Source of the DNA: Laetmonice hystrix
Lineage: Eukaryota
DNA length: 64,000 nucleotides
Assembly (NCBI GenBank): GCA_965235115.1
Contig: OZ249440.1
Coordinates: 7,316,001-7,380,000 of the forward strand
Direction: 5' to 3'
A program made the translations under genes and the position numbers. This document shows positions 12,989 to 27,400 of this stretch, piece after piece; the first letter of the stretch is position 1; the number at the start of each line of letters is the position of its first letter. The notes below the pieces were generated by a model, which saw only the letters and a list, made by a program, of their open reading frames with translations, ran no database searches and was not told the DNA's origin.

Positions 12989-15215
12989 CCCAAGTTCTTG
13001 CTTTTAAAAGATTAGATGGAAGTCAATCAGAAATGTTACGCTATACTCTTAAGGAAGAACCTAAGTTTTCAAAAACCGGGTCATGCTGGGCAGTTTGACC
13101 TTTTTAATGACCGCCATCATCATTTGGTTTGCAGCTTTACTTGACCATAGTTTTGAATACCCAAGTTATTTCTACAAGTATCCTTTAATACATGTGGAGG
13201 ACCAAGATGTGTCTCTATATCTCCAGTCTATAAGTTGGAGGCCTGGGCTCTGGCTTTTGTCCTCGAGGCTAGCTGAAGTTTGACCCCCACTAACACGTTG
13301 TATAAATGTCAGAATGAGACGTCTATGGTAATGTAAGCCTGCTGAATATGTCTCCCCACGTGTCACACAGGTACACATACAAAATGTATTCTCATGGACC
13401 TGCCGAGATCCTGACCGCTGTGGTCGATAGGGGCAATGACCTCCAGAGTATAAAATCTCAGGGCCACCTGGCAGCCTCATGAATATTAATGAGGTATCTG
13501 AACCCCTCTGCCGCCAGGTGGCCAGAGATCTCAGTATGATTAATGATCGCGGGTAGAAAGTTTATCAACATCACAAATGGTTATCGCAGATCCTATTCTC
13601 GTTTTTGCACTCTCCCCCGATTTCCTTGTGATTACTAAAGATATCCTGCTGATAGACCATGAACGTATCGCTGCGAGTGTCTCCACAATATTCACCACCA
13701 CAATCGTAACGTCCCGCTCAACACTGAACGTATTATGAAGAAAAGGCTCGGTGAAAAAAGGCAGACATTTTCCACAAAAAGTCTCGCATTTAAAATAGAT
13801 TGAGCAAATATTCATTTTTTATATCAGATAAAAACGTGGGGTATATATACCATTATACACAGCTTCAGTCTGTGAAGGTCACATACCACAGATTTGAGGT
13901 AATTTAATGGGGGTAACTTATACTATTATAAAACCTTGGAAGCTTACAATCAAAAGACAGTTTCAATGTCACACTGCAAGGATTCAATCCGTCTGTTTAG
14001 TTATAAATTTCTCAGATTCATGACCAGGAGCAACGACTCGTTGCCAGGAGTAACGGTTCACTACTGAGTGCAGAACTTCAGAAAAAAAGGAGAAAAATTC
14101 ACGGTTTCACATATACATACACTTTCAAATACTTTCGTCGCTTATTGATATATCCTAAATAATTTTCAAGTACACTTGTTTGGACAGAAAGATGGAGCAG
14201 TATTTTTTTTATACCGACATCAGTCATAGTACCAGTTTTTCATGGGTTGGAGGGTTACAGTATCCGTTTGTAAATTTATGACACGCTTCCCCCACATGCC
14301 GCCCCATTTAGGGAGCCCCAGGCAACCCCCACCACTCACCCGTTTCCCCATTGGCCGCCTCAGGTGTCAATCAAGAGTGAAGTGGGTGTGTTCAGGGCAG
14401 GTAAGCGTGACGGGACACCATCCACGCGGCCCCGAGGTCCTGGTCCCCACACCCGTCGACACACCACTCTGACTATGGACGTATCTCCTCTACTCTACCT
14501 GGGGAACGGGATGACCAGGTGACACCATTCACTCAGGTCTATATCAGCTCCACCGTATCTGATAAGGAGTGGTCATGATGTAAGGTGTAAGGAGTGGGAG
14601 ATAAGGAGTGGTCCTGGTACCCAGCCGATACGGCACACCGACTACACGGACTAGGAGAGGTTAGAGGTGCCGACCGGCAGGTGGTGCGGGCAGTGACCCG
14701 GCCCATAGAAAGCGGGCCCCCAGCACACCCCGACACTGTGAGCTTGGCCTGATCCCAGTCCGATTGGCCATACAGCCAGTACAACCGTTATCTCTCCCAC
14801 ACACACGGCACACTCTCCATACCTCCCGGCTGATCCGAACCTCTTCACGCCGCTGGACGGATTGTTCCGCCGCCGTCGAGAACAACACTCTTCCACTTCA
14901 ATAACACTCGGAGTTTCCTGACGACCCACAGCAATCCAACCACACTCAACCGCTCTCACTACTCCTGGTCAGAACTTGATTCTATACCTTACCAAAACCT
15001 GACTTGGAGGATTGTACCCACCGGGATTCTACTGTGACAGTTCCCTCGGATCCTCACCGCCTGTAGATTAATCCCCACTGTTGAGAGAAGCAACCGCTCA
15101 CCTAAAATAATTACAGGTAATCTAATCGCCTGGGGGCAGATTAGCTGGCCGAGCGGGTGGTAATCCCCCTGGATGATTTGCCGGCTGGTGGCAGTGTTGT
15201 GAGCCTCCTGAGGGA

Positions 15216-15308
15216 GAGGAGGAGGTACTGGATTATTACAGTGGAGGAGGAGGAGGTATTGGATTATTACAGTGGAGAAGGAGCAGGAGGTGTTGGATTA
15301 TTCCAGTG
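15216..15308. repeat. Three degenerate copies of a 31-34-bp purine-rich unit just upstream of the signal-peptide exon
   Basis: GAGGAGGAGGT-N2-TGGATTATT-N2-CAGTG, with GGATTATT at 15230, 15261 and 15295. Confidence 0.8.
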
Positions 15309-15338
15309 AATGGCTGGACGTCCGGCGGTGGCTGTAGG

Positions 15339-15410
15339 ATGGTGAAGTTATACACGATGGAGGCGGTGACGGTCACCCTCATGGTGGGCCTCCTGGCCGT
15401 CAGAGCGGCG
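15339..15410 (+). CDS. Coding exon 1 of the Tae4-like gene: signal peptide MVKLYTMEAVTVTLMVGLLAVRAA
   Basis: ATG in good context (AGGATGG), a hydrophobic core AVTVTLMVGLLAV, a V-R-A cleavage-type motif, and a GTAGGT donor at 15411 in phase 0 matching the next exon. The link to exon 2 across 11.4 kb is inferred. Confidence 0.72.
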
Positions 15411-18400
15411 GTAGGTATACTGTACTACTATACATCCAAGTCAGCATGTGCATGACAAAGATAGCAATCATTAAAGCCTAGACGTTGTGAATTTTCTTTC
15501 TCACATATTTGAATCAACTTTTTAAATTCATATATATTTTAAAGTTTTCACATTCAAATTCTGCTAACCTTGAAGAGAAAATCATCGTATCTACTCAATG
15601 TCATCGGTTACCTAATTAAAATAATCGGTGTTTGACACCCACTCATACGATTAAGATACCAGCACGATCCCTCATTTCACAAATCAAGTCGGCATGAATG
15701 AACATCATGGTTTGATTTCACATCTCTTAAATGCATCGTCCCTGAGTGACAACATATAAGGCAGTTGTCAATGACTATAGTCCCATCTTGTATATAGTCT
15801 GGGTGGCTGACTTCTACCTTACAACCACTCCTGACATTGTACAAACGACGATCGTGATCCTAAGGTTCACAGCTCTCATACTTTCTCATTAAAACTCACT
15901 TTCCGACCGCCGCACTGCTAGGCCTCATAAAAACGTCTTATTTCAACTGTCAAGGAAAATCAGAAAGACTTAGATCAGGAACATTTCTCTACATTAACAA
16001 GGTAACTTGGTATGTCCCTCCCGAACAGGCGGTCTCAGTTTCTGTCTGTCTGAATACTTCTCTTTCTTTCTCTGTCTCATTCTCTCCTCAATACCTCTCT
16101 CTCTCCCTTTGAGACCATATTTTAATCGCTGAACTGTAAACTCTCATTGACGGCACAGTGATACTATTTCATCTTGTTTGCGCAAACCAAGTTCCACAGC
16201 TCCCTGTCGGTCGTGCCTGACAGTGACTCTATCCCCTGTCGTCTCACAAACATAAAGAATCACTGCACAACACATGTAGTATCTCCCAACTAGATCGTCA
16301 CTCGTTGATCCGTTCCCCACAACCTGACCTGCTTTAAGTTGCTCACACTGTTTGCTGTTGGTATCTGTTTTTATCTAAACAGCGGCCTGCCGACCAGTGC
16401 CTTCCCACAGTTTGTCCCAGGTTGAAGGGCATGGCTTATCCTTGCCCGACATGACTGTCACGTTTCCCGTTACCAGACCCGACGCCAACACAAACTCTCA
16501 GATTCCTTACACAGTAATTGGAGGAGACAATTAACCGTTGTGTTCGGACCAGACACCGACACAATCAGTGATTGACAGCTCAACTGTTCACGGTGACTCT
16601 ACCCAAGACACAAACATTAATCTTAAATTTTTTTTTTCTAAAACCTTAAATCTCTCCTCTTCCACAATGTTTTATTTTTATAAAACATGTTGACATACAA
16701 AGCCCTGGCCCGTCGTAATTAATGACTCACCAGCACGGTAAACTACCGGCAAATTAAGACTAATTAATTTGCAGTCACCTACAAACACCCAGTAGCAGTA
16801 TAGTGTACATTGTATATCAAAGACCTGGGACCTGGGAAATGAAAGGTCTCCCGTTGGTCCATCACACTCTGGGCTATATGCACACTGTAAAGAAAGCAAC
16901 AGGAAGCGTAGCCGTTTTTTTGGACAAATAAAGAATCGCACACTAAAAACTTGAGGAATCTTAATTTATGTCTATCCGAAACAAAGAGTGAGAACGTTGG
17001 ATCTGAATGGTGCGGGAACGGAACGAACGAGGGCATTGATAGTGTCGTCTGACTGTCTGACGTCACAGTTCGAGTGGCCAGTCCTGCTGTGACGTCACAC
17101 TGCCTGTTGTGATGTCAAACTCGACAATAGGAAACCGCGGAAGGGGTGGTTGGGGTAAAATAACATCTTACTATAGGAATATGTTATGAGATAATTTCTG
17201 GATGGTATGAAAGACAGACACACTCACTGATTTCACGTCGTAACCGCACAACGTGCAATGTGCGAGTTGTGGTTTTCTAGGACAGTGTGTTTTGTGTGGA
17301 ATGGTCGGGCTGTCACTACTGTCGCCTTGTACACCACTTGCCCATGGTGACACTTGCCCAGTCTGACCCCCACCAGTAATAGAGCCGTGAGTATATTAAC
17401 GCCCCAGTTCCTCCCCTGATCACCCTATGGCAACTCTTCCACCTTGGTCTCAAGACACCCTCGGAGACCATCCTGACCAAATATCGCACTGATGCCAGAC
17501 CCAGACGGCCCTGATTCCAGGTAATAGCCGACCTCAGCGATCATTTTTCTGGTCGACTGACGTCTATATGTAGGGACAATATGCTGGCCAGGGGATAATA
17601 GCTTCACAATCGTGGCCGGTTGGCCCCAAGGATATACCAGAAAAAGGTAATCCTAATGCATTTGGCCGCCTGGAATGTGACGCGCTGACACAAGTATATG
17701 GTGTCATGCAATGGGCAACTGACCATATACGGCACGGCGGCGGTGGGCGGGAGAGAGAGGGGTGTGCACGCTCCGGCGGATGACAATCGCCCATTCCGTG
17801 TCAAGTCCCCCATTATATCTCATACAGACTCCTGGCCACTGGAGTGAGAACCTGGTCTATGGATCCTGGCGGTTGCACTCACAGAATGCGTCTGGCTGTT
17901 TGTGGGTAAACGTCTTGGACACGAGGCAGCTTTGTGAGGAGTGTGGGTCGGCCTCAGTCGCAGACCTCAGTCAGGCAGTCGTCCCTCCTCGTATTTGTGC
18001 AATCTTAGCGACGTCTCGGGCAGACTTGCCACACAAAAGAAGACGGTTGACTGTTTGTGAGACTGTCGGCCACTGGTGTTGTCAGGCAGTCCATCATCTG
18101 ACAGTCGTATTTTGTCCTCGCCATGTCAACTCTTTATTCAGGTCGAGTCAGAAACCTTGCATTAAAACACGCTGGGAAAAAAACAAGATGACGGAAATGA
18201 AAAGAGCTTTCCAAACAAAACTATTTGTCTTTTTTAGGGATCCAGGATGTGAGTTATCACAAATCCTATCTGTCAATATGTGGAGTAGAGTGTGTCTCTC
18301 ACTCCTAATTGTGTTTGGCGTGAGCCCCACGTGCCTAGCCTCAAGTCACCAACCGCTGCTAACCAGAGAATGCATACAGCACGCATGCGTGCTCACTGAT

Positions 18401-21400
18401 TACACCGATCACCATTGTGTCTCAGAACCTCTTAATAATAATGAAATTACTCCTTTTTAAATAATACAAATTTTCTCCTTTCAAAATATTCATATAATGA
18501 CAGGTCGAATTGGTGAAATGCACCATTCATCCATTCACATCAGATGGACTTGCCACCATCCACATATATTTCACGCACACAGAATCACACCACATTCACT
18601 GTCTCATCCAAGGCCAACAAGCCAGAGAAAGGGGATGTTATTTCAGCCCCATTCTTGATACGACAAGACAAATTCTGGCGGCCGTCTGGGCGGTCTGTCT
18701 ATCGTATTGTGAGCGGCACACCTGATCGTGTGCTCAGACTCGGAGACACTACGTACTTCCTAAAAACATACCTTTTTCACACAGCACCCAGTGTCCTCGT
18801 GCCGAGGTAAAGTTTATTCCAAGCACGTTAGACCAGACAATCGCCCTCCTTCACGGATCTCAGCAACAGCGTGTTCCGTATTTAATCTAAGAAATATACC
18901 CCTCCATTTTTTTGGTGTTGAGTCCCACGAGAATGTTAATACACAGGACTCATGTGCTGTTATTCCACTGCATGCAGAGATTTCAACAGCCCTGGTCCCC
19001 ACACCTGCTGGACAGGACGCAAATACCGAGCTAGAAACCGACTGCATCTTCTTTAAAAAGCCACATCCGCTCTTCTTTACCATCGAATAGAGCACAGATC
19101 CTAATACAAACCATCCAATCTGTGCCAATCTGTGAGAGTTGACTATACTAACGGTAGCAGTCGCTGAGTACAGATCATAAGACAATAACAGCTATATAAC
19201 TGCGTCAAAATATAACTCACTTTATGTGAACCATAAACATTGATCGAGATATACGTCTCTGGTACTATAGCTTTTCCTGAGGAAAGAAAGCTGAACCTTT
19301 TTCTACATCACCCATTTCCTACAACGTTGTTAAGCAAATACCTGGAGAAACTGCTATAAAAATGGACTCGCTGTTCAACCCAAGGTTTGACCTTATTCTG
19401 GCCACCTTCCATATCTCTCATCTAAAACACCAGTCACCCGCCAAGCCTGAACTATAGACAGCATCTGTCTTCTACACCTGCGTACATTTCAAGAGAATTA
19501 ACCTGTAAAAGTACAGATTACGGGGAGCCCCTGGCCTGATACATCACCGCCAAGTCTGCCAGTCTCTCTCACTCAGCTCATGACTTGTGTCGAACTCCCA
19601 CCAGGGGGCCACGTAAAGACCCTCAGCAGGCAGAGCCCGGATGTCGGCACCATGATCTCGTGCTGCCAAGGTTTCAATGGAGTAAAACTTCCTTTGCCAG
19701 TTCTCCCATCACCAATGATTACCAAGTGAAACGCGAGGAAAGACAAATCCTTCAGAGCATCCATCTCACTGACCTGCTCCTCAATATGTTACCATGGAAA
19801 CCAGACATTATCTATCGCCTCTTGGCATACCTTTATGCTAACCCTTTCCTCCAAACCCTTCAAAGCACCCGCTATCAGTTACAGATGGCTTTTCATTCCG
19901 CAATCAGCCATGGTGGAGATCGGACCTGTGGTTTTAATCATGCTGCTGTCTATGATCAACACCAGACCTGAGATAAACAACTCTCCCCGGGGTACAAATG
20001 AATGGAAAACAACATCCCATCACGCTTTCTCTATACTAATGGTTCTCCTTCATGCCCAGGTACGACCTATAGTTTTACCCTGCATACCTGGGCAAGCCAA
20101 GAATTCAGATCAATCCAGAAAGTCTAGCCCACGTCATCGGTGCATAGAGAGAACAATAGTTTTTGTATGAATAGGTTACAGTTTCAAAATATGAACATAT
20201 CACATTCGGACACGAAGCACTCTCACCAAATCTGTACATTTCCCCTGGTCCCTACCCCACAATCATTTAAATAAGTCAGGCCCACCCGTCGCGCTACTCC
20301 GACTGCCAGACAACAGTATATCTATGGCCACCGTCCTGTGTAATTTGTATTTACCAGCATTGAAAAAAACCTCATCTTTGTAGGTTGACTGATACCATTT
20401 TTTTTTCATTTGACTGAAGGCCAGTTTTATGCGGAGGCCTATTGATGGACAACCACGTCTGTTAGATTACAAAATGAGTTGTTTTTGATTACCGATAGGT
20501 GTCAGGATGGTCAGACGTTTAACATAATCAGGTTTGATTTGAAACTTATGGCTCACTGACTGACAACTTTCCTTCAAAGTTGTAGCATCACAGGTGTATC
20601 CCTCAGTGGCCGACCCGCTACAGTTGACCTCTCTGGGACTGTAGGGAGGCCGGCACATCCCGGATCTCTGAGGTAAACTGGCCACAGATGTATGTACTGC
20701 AGAGACCTGATCGGAAACGGCAGCGCGTTCTTTGTGGATTTCATCAGTAGACTTCAAAGACGATGTAATCAGAACCATTCGTATAGTAAACTGAACTAGT
20801 ACGGAGAGTAAAGCATGAAGTGTGGGTTTACGTATAGCAAGGTTCATTCATAGGTTAGACTGATAACCGGAGGACGAAAATCATGGCACTGGCAATAATT
20901 CAACATATCTTAAGAAATATATTAAACCAATGATGGTGAAAGATACAGATACACATTCAGTAACTTGTACAACTTTCTGAACGGTTTCTGACCTCCAACA
21001 GCTGCTTGAGTCGAGAAATACTCGCCTCGAGTCAGTGTATCCGCGTATGCACGACTATCGCCGCCAACAATAGAGATAGTTTTATCAGACCCCCACACCC
21101 ACCCAGCCCCAACCACTAGGTCCCGTTATAAGTGCAGGTGTTGCGGCCCAGTCCTTGACCTGCCGCCAAGACAGGTGCGAAGCTCGGAGTGCAGGGCGCG
21201 ATGCTCTTTTTATGAGCCATATCTCAATCAAACAACCTCTCCGCATGGTGTCCCCCAACGGGACACAACCCATTCATATTCAGTGATGGTTCCTGATGTC
21301 AGGATGTTTATCTGAAACCTCCAGGACCATCTCATATTGACATCTTAAGACGTATTTACTTATTGCGTCTTAAAAAATGAGTTGCCACCACATGATAAAT

Positions 21401-24400
21401 TCAGGACTCAGAATAACAAGCCCTCCCCTCTCTATCACAATGGAACTCTGCCATCAACTCGGTAGATTCCTAACTTCCTAGATTAACTTTACCAGCAGGA
21501 CAACTGTAAAATCCACCTCTGTGAAGCCGCCCACCACCATCCTAAATTCAATGCCGTAAGGGATGACTCACTCTCTGTCATACAGAAAAGATGATGAATT
21601 TCGAAAATCTTTATCAAATATAACAAGCAGCCGAAGTAATCTAGGGTGTATATCAGATGGTCTTTCTTTCTTAACTGGAGTCTGTTCAGCGTATAGAATA
21701 GTGATAAATGTTAGTGTCATGTTGATTTAAAACATGAAACTTCAGGAGTTTGTTGACATCACCTGTAAATCTTAGCTGTCTCCTTACACCTGGTCAGGTG
21801 ACCAGGTACTGGCCAGGTCCCTGGGCTCACTGGGAACAAACAAAACGAAGAACACAAAACCTCACCACCCACCCCCAGCCACACTTCACTGAGGGTCAGC
21901 CACATATAACAGAACCTCTGAGGGTGATGAAAGCAAGCACGAGTCTGTGTCTGAAGCCAATGTGAGAGCAATAAAACCACCCGGGCAAGACGAGTAAGCG
22001 GAACAGTAACATGGTGAAGGCTGAGGGCGATTTAGAACTGACAGGTGAGGGAGAAAGGATCGTTTTAAATCAGAGCCCTTCATAACAAACGTACCCTGGG
22101 AGGGTATAATGAACCACCCCCCTGGCGAGGTTGGTAGAAGGTCAGACGGTACAGACATCGTTTATAATATGCACTCACCATATATTGAAATGATGTATTA
22201 CAAGTAAGTCAATATTGTATACATTCGTACTCTTCTAACTCCAAGGGGTCGACTTTTTTTTATTAAATGACGACCGGTGTCAAGAACGCGCACCTAATCA
22301 ATCTAACAGGACGTGGTATGGAAAACCTTTTTCTTTTTGCTGTTAGTTCATGCTGTAAAGATAGGGTATCACAGGTGTATCGAGATTCAGTCAGAAAGTA
22401 TGCAGGAGTTTCGGAGTATCTAGAAGGCACAATGTCGCAATGGCTCCCTGATCCGCTAATGTAACCCATTCACCTAACCCCGTCGTCGCTGACAACCTAG
22501 GCGTTCATGGAGGGAATAGCTCGCCTGTAGAGTTCCCACGAGTGACCAGAGCTACCCCAGAGGTGGCCAGGCCGGCCTTGAGACCACACCAACCAGCCCC
22601 ACCACCTTTCACTCAGCCCCGAATCGGTCATTTATCCTAGGCCCAAATTAACCTAATGAGCCCCACCTCCGGAGACCCGCGTCCAGGCAGGAGGGGGCGG
22701 AGGAGGTGTTAGCAATGAGAGGACAGCGCCATCTATCGGCCATAATTAAAGGGCCGACTCAGACACACCTTCAAGATAGCGGTCGATAACGACAAATAGC
22801 CTGGGTCTATTCAATGAGATTCATGTGTAAACATAATCTGACTGCTGTGACAGATGTGGAGTGACTGAGAGTCGGCAGTAGAAAACATTGGGGTTCCCGC
22901 CTCTAATTTCACAGTATTTTATGTCTTAATTGCTAAACAACTCGTAACCAATAACAAAGATTCCCTGGTGACCAGTAGGGCATTGTACACTTCAAATGTA
23001 CCAGTCCCATGAAATGACCATTACCTGGACCCGAGGGAGGGGTTAGGAATAGTCCCACGGGGTCTGGAGGGTCACTAAATCGCCTTTAGCAGTGCCACTT
23101 ATACTGGTCAAGATGTTTGGTCAGTATCCAAATGAATGGTCAGCGAGGTAAGCAATTCGCCCAAGGCCTTGAGTGGCTATTTCAGTGACAAAGTATGCAT
23201 TGCCTGAAAACCTGGACACAAACTTTGGTAGGTTATATTGGGGAGAATGTACATCGGCTCTGTTCGCCTTTCTCGGGAACCTGTCCTCCCTACAGGAGGG
23301 CCCAAGTACCTTTGTCCCCGATTTGTACACAGCTATATCTCTTCCCCCTCGCTCCGTTAAGTGAGAGCCAGCCCTTTTGATGAGAGTGCTCTGGTATGCC
23401 GATTATCTAACGGTATTTCAGGAGGCTGGTGGGTTGTAAGGGGGGCAGGTCCCATCTCTTTCACCGGCCCAGTCTTCCCTTGAAGCTCACAGAGAGTGGC
23501 AGTAACAATACTAGCCACCCTGTGTGAGTCGGCCTTCCATCGCGCTGTCCCGTGTCGATCTGACCCTGACCAACCGACCGACCGTCTCAACAACACCCAG
23601 CGATTAGTCGATCGCTACTTTAGTCTCCAAACTCCCCCAAAATACCAAAAGAAACCATCAAAATTATATCAAAGCCACTCAAAAACAGCTTGTCAATTTC
23701 TTCCCAAATTATAATCTTGTTTCCCGCCACCATTCCTACCCCTCATTTTGTACAACTGGAGGTCAAGTTTCTATTGACGCCAACTCTCAGCAATCCTGCA
23801 ATTTGCCCGGGGGGCTTGGTAATTGAAGGAGAAAGAGGACTGTCGGAGTCGGAATTACTACTCATGTCACCTCAAGTCGTGTGGGCAAGCATCCAAAGAG
23901 CTCGGCTCGTCTTCAGGCGAGTCCGTTCATGTTCCGACTGATTGTAAAACCCACTTGTCGTTGGCTGTCGATATAAAACGGGAAGACGATCTAAAGCTGG
24001 GATGTTCCCTTCACCTGACACGAGCGGGAGCGTGGTGGTAGCAGGTGGGTCACACCTAACCACGACGTGTCCCATTCACCAAACGGGGCCGGCCTTGTAT
24101 GGCACAGTGTCAAGCTAACACCCCAACTCATTTTACTGGCGTCGACTCTACCATTACTGGCCGAGCCGGCAACAATTCCTTTCCCTTTCTTCTCATTTTT
24201 AACGATCCGTTGCGTCAGTCACATCCAGGAGGATAGTAGACCACATCCTGACAACCCATAATGCGCAGAGAACAACACGGGAGTGACTAGTTGCACAAGT
24301 ATGACACTCCTTCCACAGGGCGTTCGTGCCCGGGATGTGAGTTCTTTGTAATAGAACCTGCGCCCAAACTGGGCCCAAAGTCTATAAAAACCACAACCCT

Positions 24401-27400
24401 TCAATGTAGCAACCGGGCTTCCTCCCACTCACACTGGGGAGATACACAGGCGAGCCAGCACGGAGCAGGGCAATGCCTCTTCACAAAGGACATAGACTAC
24501 TTTATATCTGACCTCTGAACCCAGCATCTGTGACCCTTGAACCGGGGTCAGGGTGAAGAGACAGCCCCTAGTTTTAACAATCGCTCCCGGTCAGCCGACC
24601 CCGAATGGCAAGCCACGCCACTGGGTGACACATCCATTCCGAGTTCTGTTCACTTCCGACCTTGTGACACACCTCTGTGACCTTGACGGGACCTTGACAA
24701 ACAGAGGCCGCTGGCAACAGCGTTCCCCTCACTGTACACCCTCTATTCTGGTGGCATTGGTCTTGTGACATATAATTAACAGATTCAATAGGCCCCTATA
24801 TCCGACCTTCCAGTGACCTGTGCCCCTTGCGCACGGGACACTATTTAATTCAATTGCTTCATCCCAGAACATGACCACCCTACCACACATGGCGCACTTT
24901 GGGCCGCACACTCCCATCATAGACCCCGCCCTCTACCGGTCAGGTATGTCACTAACCCATTCAGGTCGGCAGTTCATTTCTGCATGGGTATCTTTCATCC
25001 TTGATAATGGTAATATGTCTTCAGATCGCTATCACAGGTTTGTCGGAGACACTGAATTTTGATGGAGTTTCTGTTCGCCTGAGCTTACAAAAGATTCATT
25101 GTAACCTTTCCCGAGTGTCGGCGTCAGAAACCCCATGCAGGTGGCGTCAGAGCCTGTTCAAGCCGCCTAAACAGTACCGACATGAAGAGAACCATCGTGA
25201 GAAACGCTAGCCCCCACAATACACCGCCACAGATCATAGAGACCTACACCTGAAACCCCCAACCAAACACCTCCACAACACAATAACCAAACACCTCCAC
25301 AACACAATAACCAAACACCTCCACAACACAATGCGCAAACACAACACCCCATGCTTAATTATCCCTGAAAGACTTTTTCTCCAAAATCACCGGCCATGGA
25401 GACCCTTTCTACGACACAAAGTCAATCAGAGTCGATTCCCCGGCCCCGAGTGCCTTCCACAGTCAAGGGGTGAGCTGAAGCGTGGGACAGCAACCCTGAC
25501 TTGGATAATGGTGGGTTTATCTAAAAGTGAACCCGGTATAACAATCTTAACTGAATACTGGGCCCCTGAGAGCCAAGCCTCAGCAAACACGGAGAACTTC
25601 GGTCAAGCCTGAACCATTTGTCAAGGCGTACAGTGGGTTGTCTCCGTACTCGTGCCCTGTTCGTCGGGCCACCGCGCCTCGGACCACCGATCTCAACAAG
25701 GTTCCCACAATGAGAGCTCTACACGCCCTGCACTGACAAAAACTCCAGACAGTATTCACAATCACAGAAAATATTTCACATGCCATGGTTTCTTTTGTTG
25801 GTTCTATAGCTTAGCATGGCAAGTTACCATGTCATGTATCATGTCAACCCCTTGTTTCATGGTGCACAGCTACTTAAAGGGGGGATCTCCCGACTGCAGA
25901 CACCCCCCCCCCCCTCTCACCCCTTTCTCCTTCCGCTGAACCCCTAGGTATGAGGGCAAGGAGTGATCGGGAAGAGCCCCCCCCTCCCTCCCTAAGTACA
26001 GTCCTCACTCACATGCTTCTCAACAACTCTACATTCAAATCACCCTGTCAACGTTTCCGAACTTGTTGACATACTGTCGGTGTATTCAACAGCCTCACTG
26101 AACTGAACCGCCAAAGGAGCACATAATGTCAATAAAAACACTGATCCTTGAAACTTTTCCACTGCAAGACATAAAAGACAGCTGAAAAGGTATGTCACCG
26201 CCCCCCTTACTGAGGTCTGTTTGTGATGGTTTGTGGCCCCAACCGAAGGCAGATCTAGACAGGCATGCAATTACACCTTCAACTTGATTCTGGGACTAGT
26301 TCGTAAAAACTGAAGATCTTGCTTTAGCTTAAATCGTACGTTTTTACGAACTGGGTCCAGGATACTTGTTTCAACACAGAGACACCGTCACACGTAAGGT
26401 CACCGCGATAAAATCTCACCCCCCCCCCCTGATAAAATCTCGCAACTTTCTTTCTTATAAAAAAAATGACTTCATAAACCTTTCTATTAGTCAGTCATTG
26501 ACTACTCTGACGCATGCACATTGAGTTTCCATTCCTTGAGGTACTGGTTTGGGCGTTGATGACGTATGCTCTGCGAAAGGGTACTGCAATAAGGGCAGGG
26601 TTCGGTTCCCTTGAGGTGCTGCCAATTTTCTGCTTTTTGAAATATTCCCAAAGTTAACAGGGGTAATGGCGATGCTCTTGTACAGTGGAGATAAAGTCCT
26701 CTGTATCCTGAGATAGCGTCTACACCCAGGGAGGTACATGACTTTCTCCGCCTGATATTTACATGTTTTCTCTCTTGATCTACTTGCAGATGGAACTGCC
26801 CAAGTTCAGTCAGATGGTACTACTCTACCCGGGGTATTACCTTCACGGAGGGCGGTATAGAGACAAAGATATCATCTCTATGATAGGTGGTCACTTCACG
26901 TCCCACATGCACAACACGGCCTCAATCCGCATGTCGTGGGCCCTCAATAAGTACGGCGGGCGGCACGCCCTCGGCACCCAACAGGTGAACCTCTCAAAAC
27001 ATGGCAAGGACAGCTACACGGGCAAGGACGGCCAACAGTACATCTTCAGAAACACCGCCTTCGGGCCTTTTCTGGCCGAGCGCTATGGGAATCCTTTAGT
27101 TGCCAAACCTAATCAGTTGGACCACACAAAAACAATGGATCCATTCACAGGCAAGCAAGGCATTGTGCGACTGGTCAGTTACCATAAGTCTCACGCCAGT
27201 GGTCACATGGGTCTATGGGACTGCACTAACTTTATACAGAGTCGTGATTGGACGACAGAAAGTCAAATTATCTCAGTGGAGTTCTGGGAAGCACCAGGTA
27301 AGACTAATCTCTGACTTTATCATGTTTATGTAATTCGAGAAACCAGCATGAGAACCGCATCTCGCTCTCTTAGAATCGAACTACAGTTCACTAACAACAT

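Noticed and set aside
12576-13015. Overlapping repetitive ORFs in three frames
   Set aside because: By-products of a 33-bp unit; open on both strands with no splice or homology support.
17762-18460. 232-aa plus-strand ORF in intron 1 of the Tae4-like gene
   Set aside because: Non-ATG start, no recognisable domain and a composition typical of random frames.
26763-27314. Tae4-like ORF as bacterial contamination or a stand-alone intronless gene
   Set aside because: The domain is bounded exactly by a strong acceptor and donor and has in-phase partner exons. It sits in continuous animal-type DNA with host repeats and has no bacterial neighbours such as an immunity gene.
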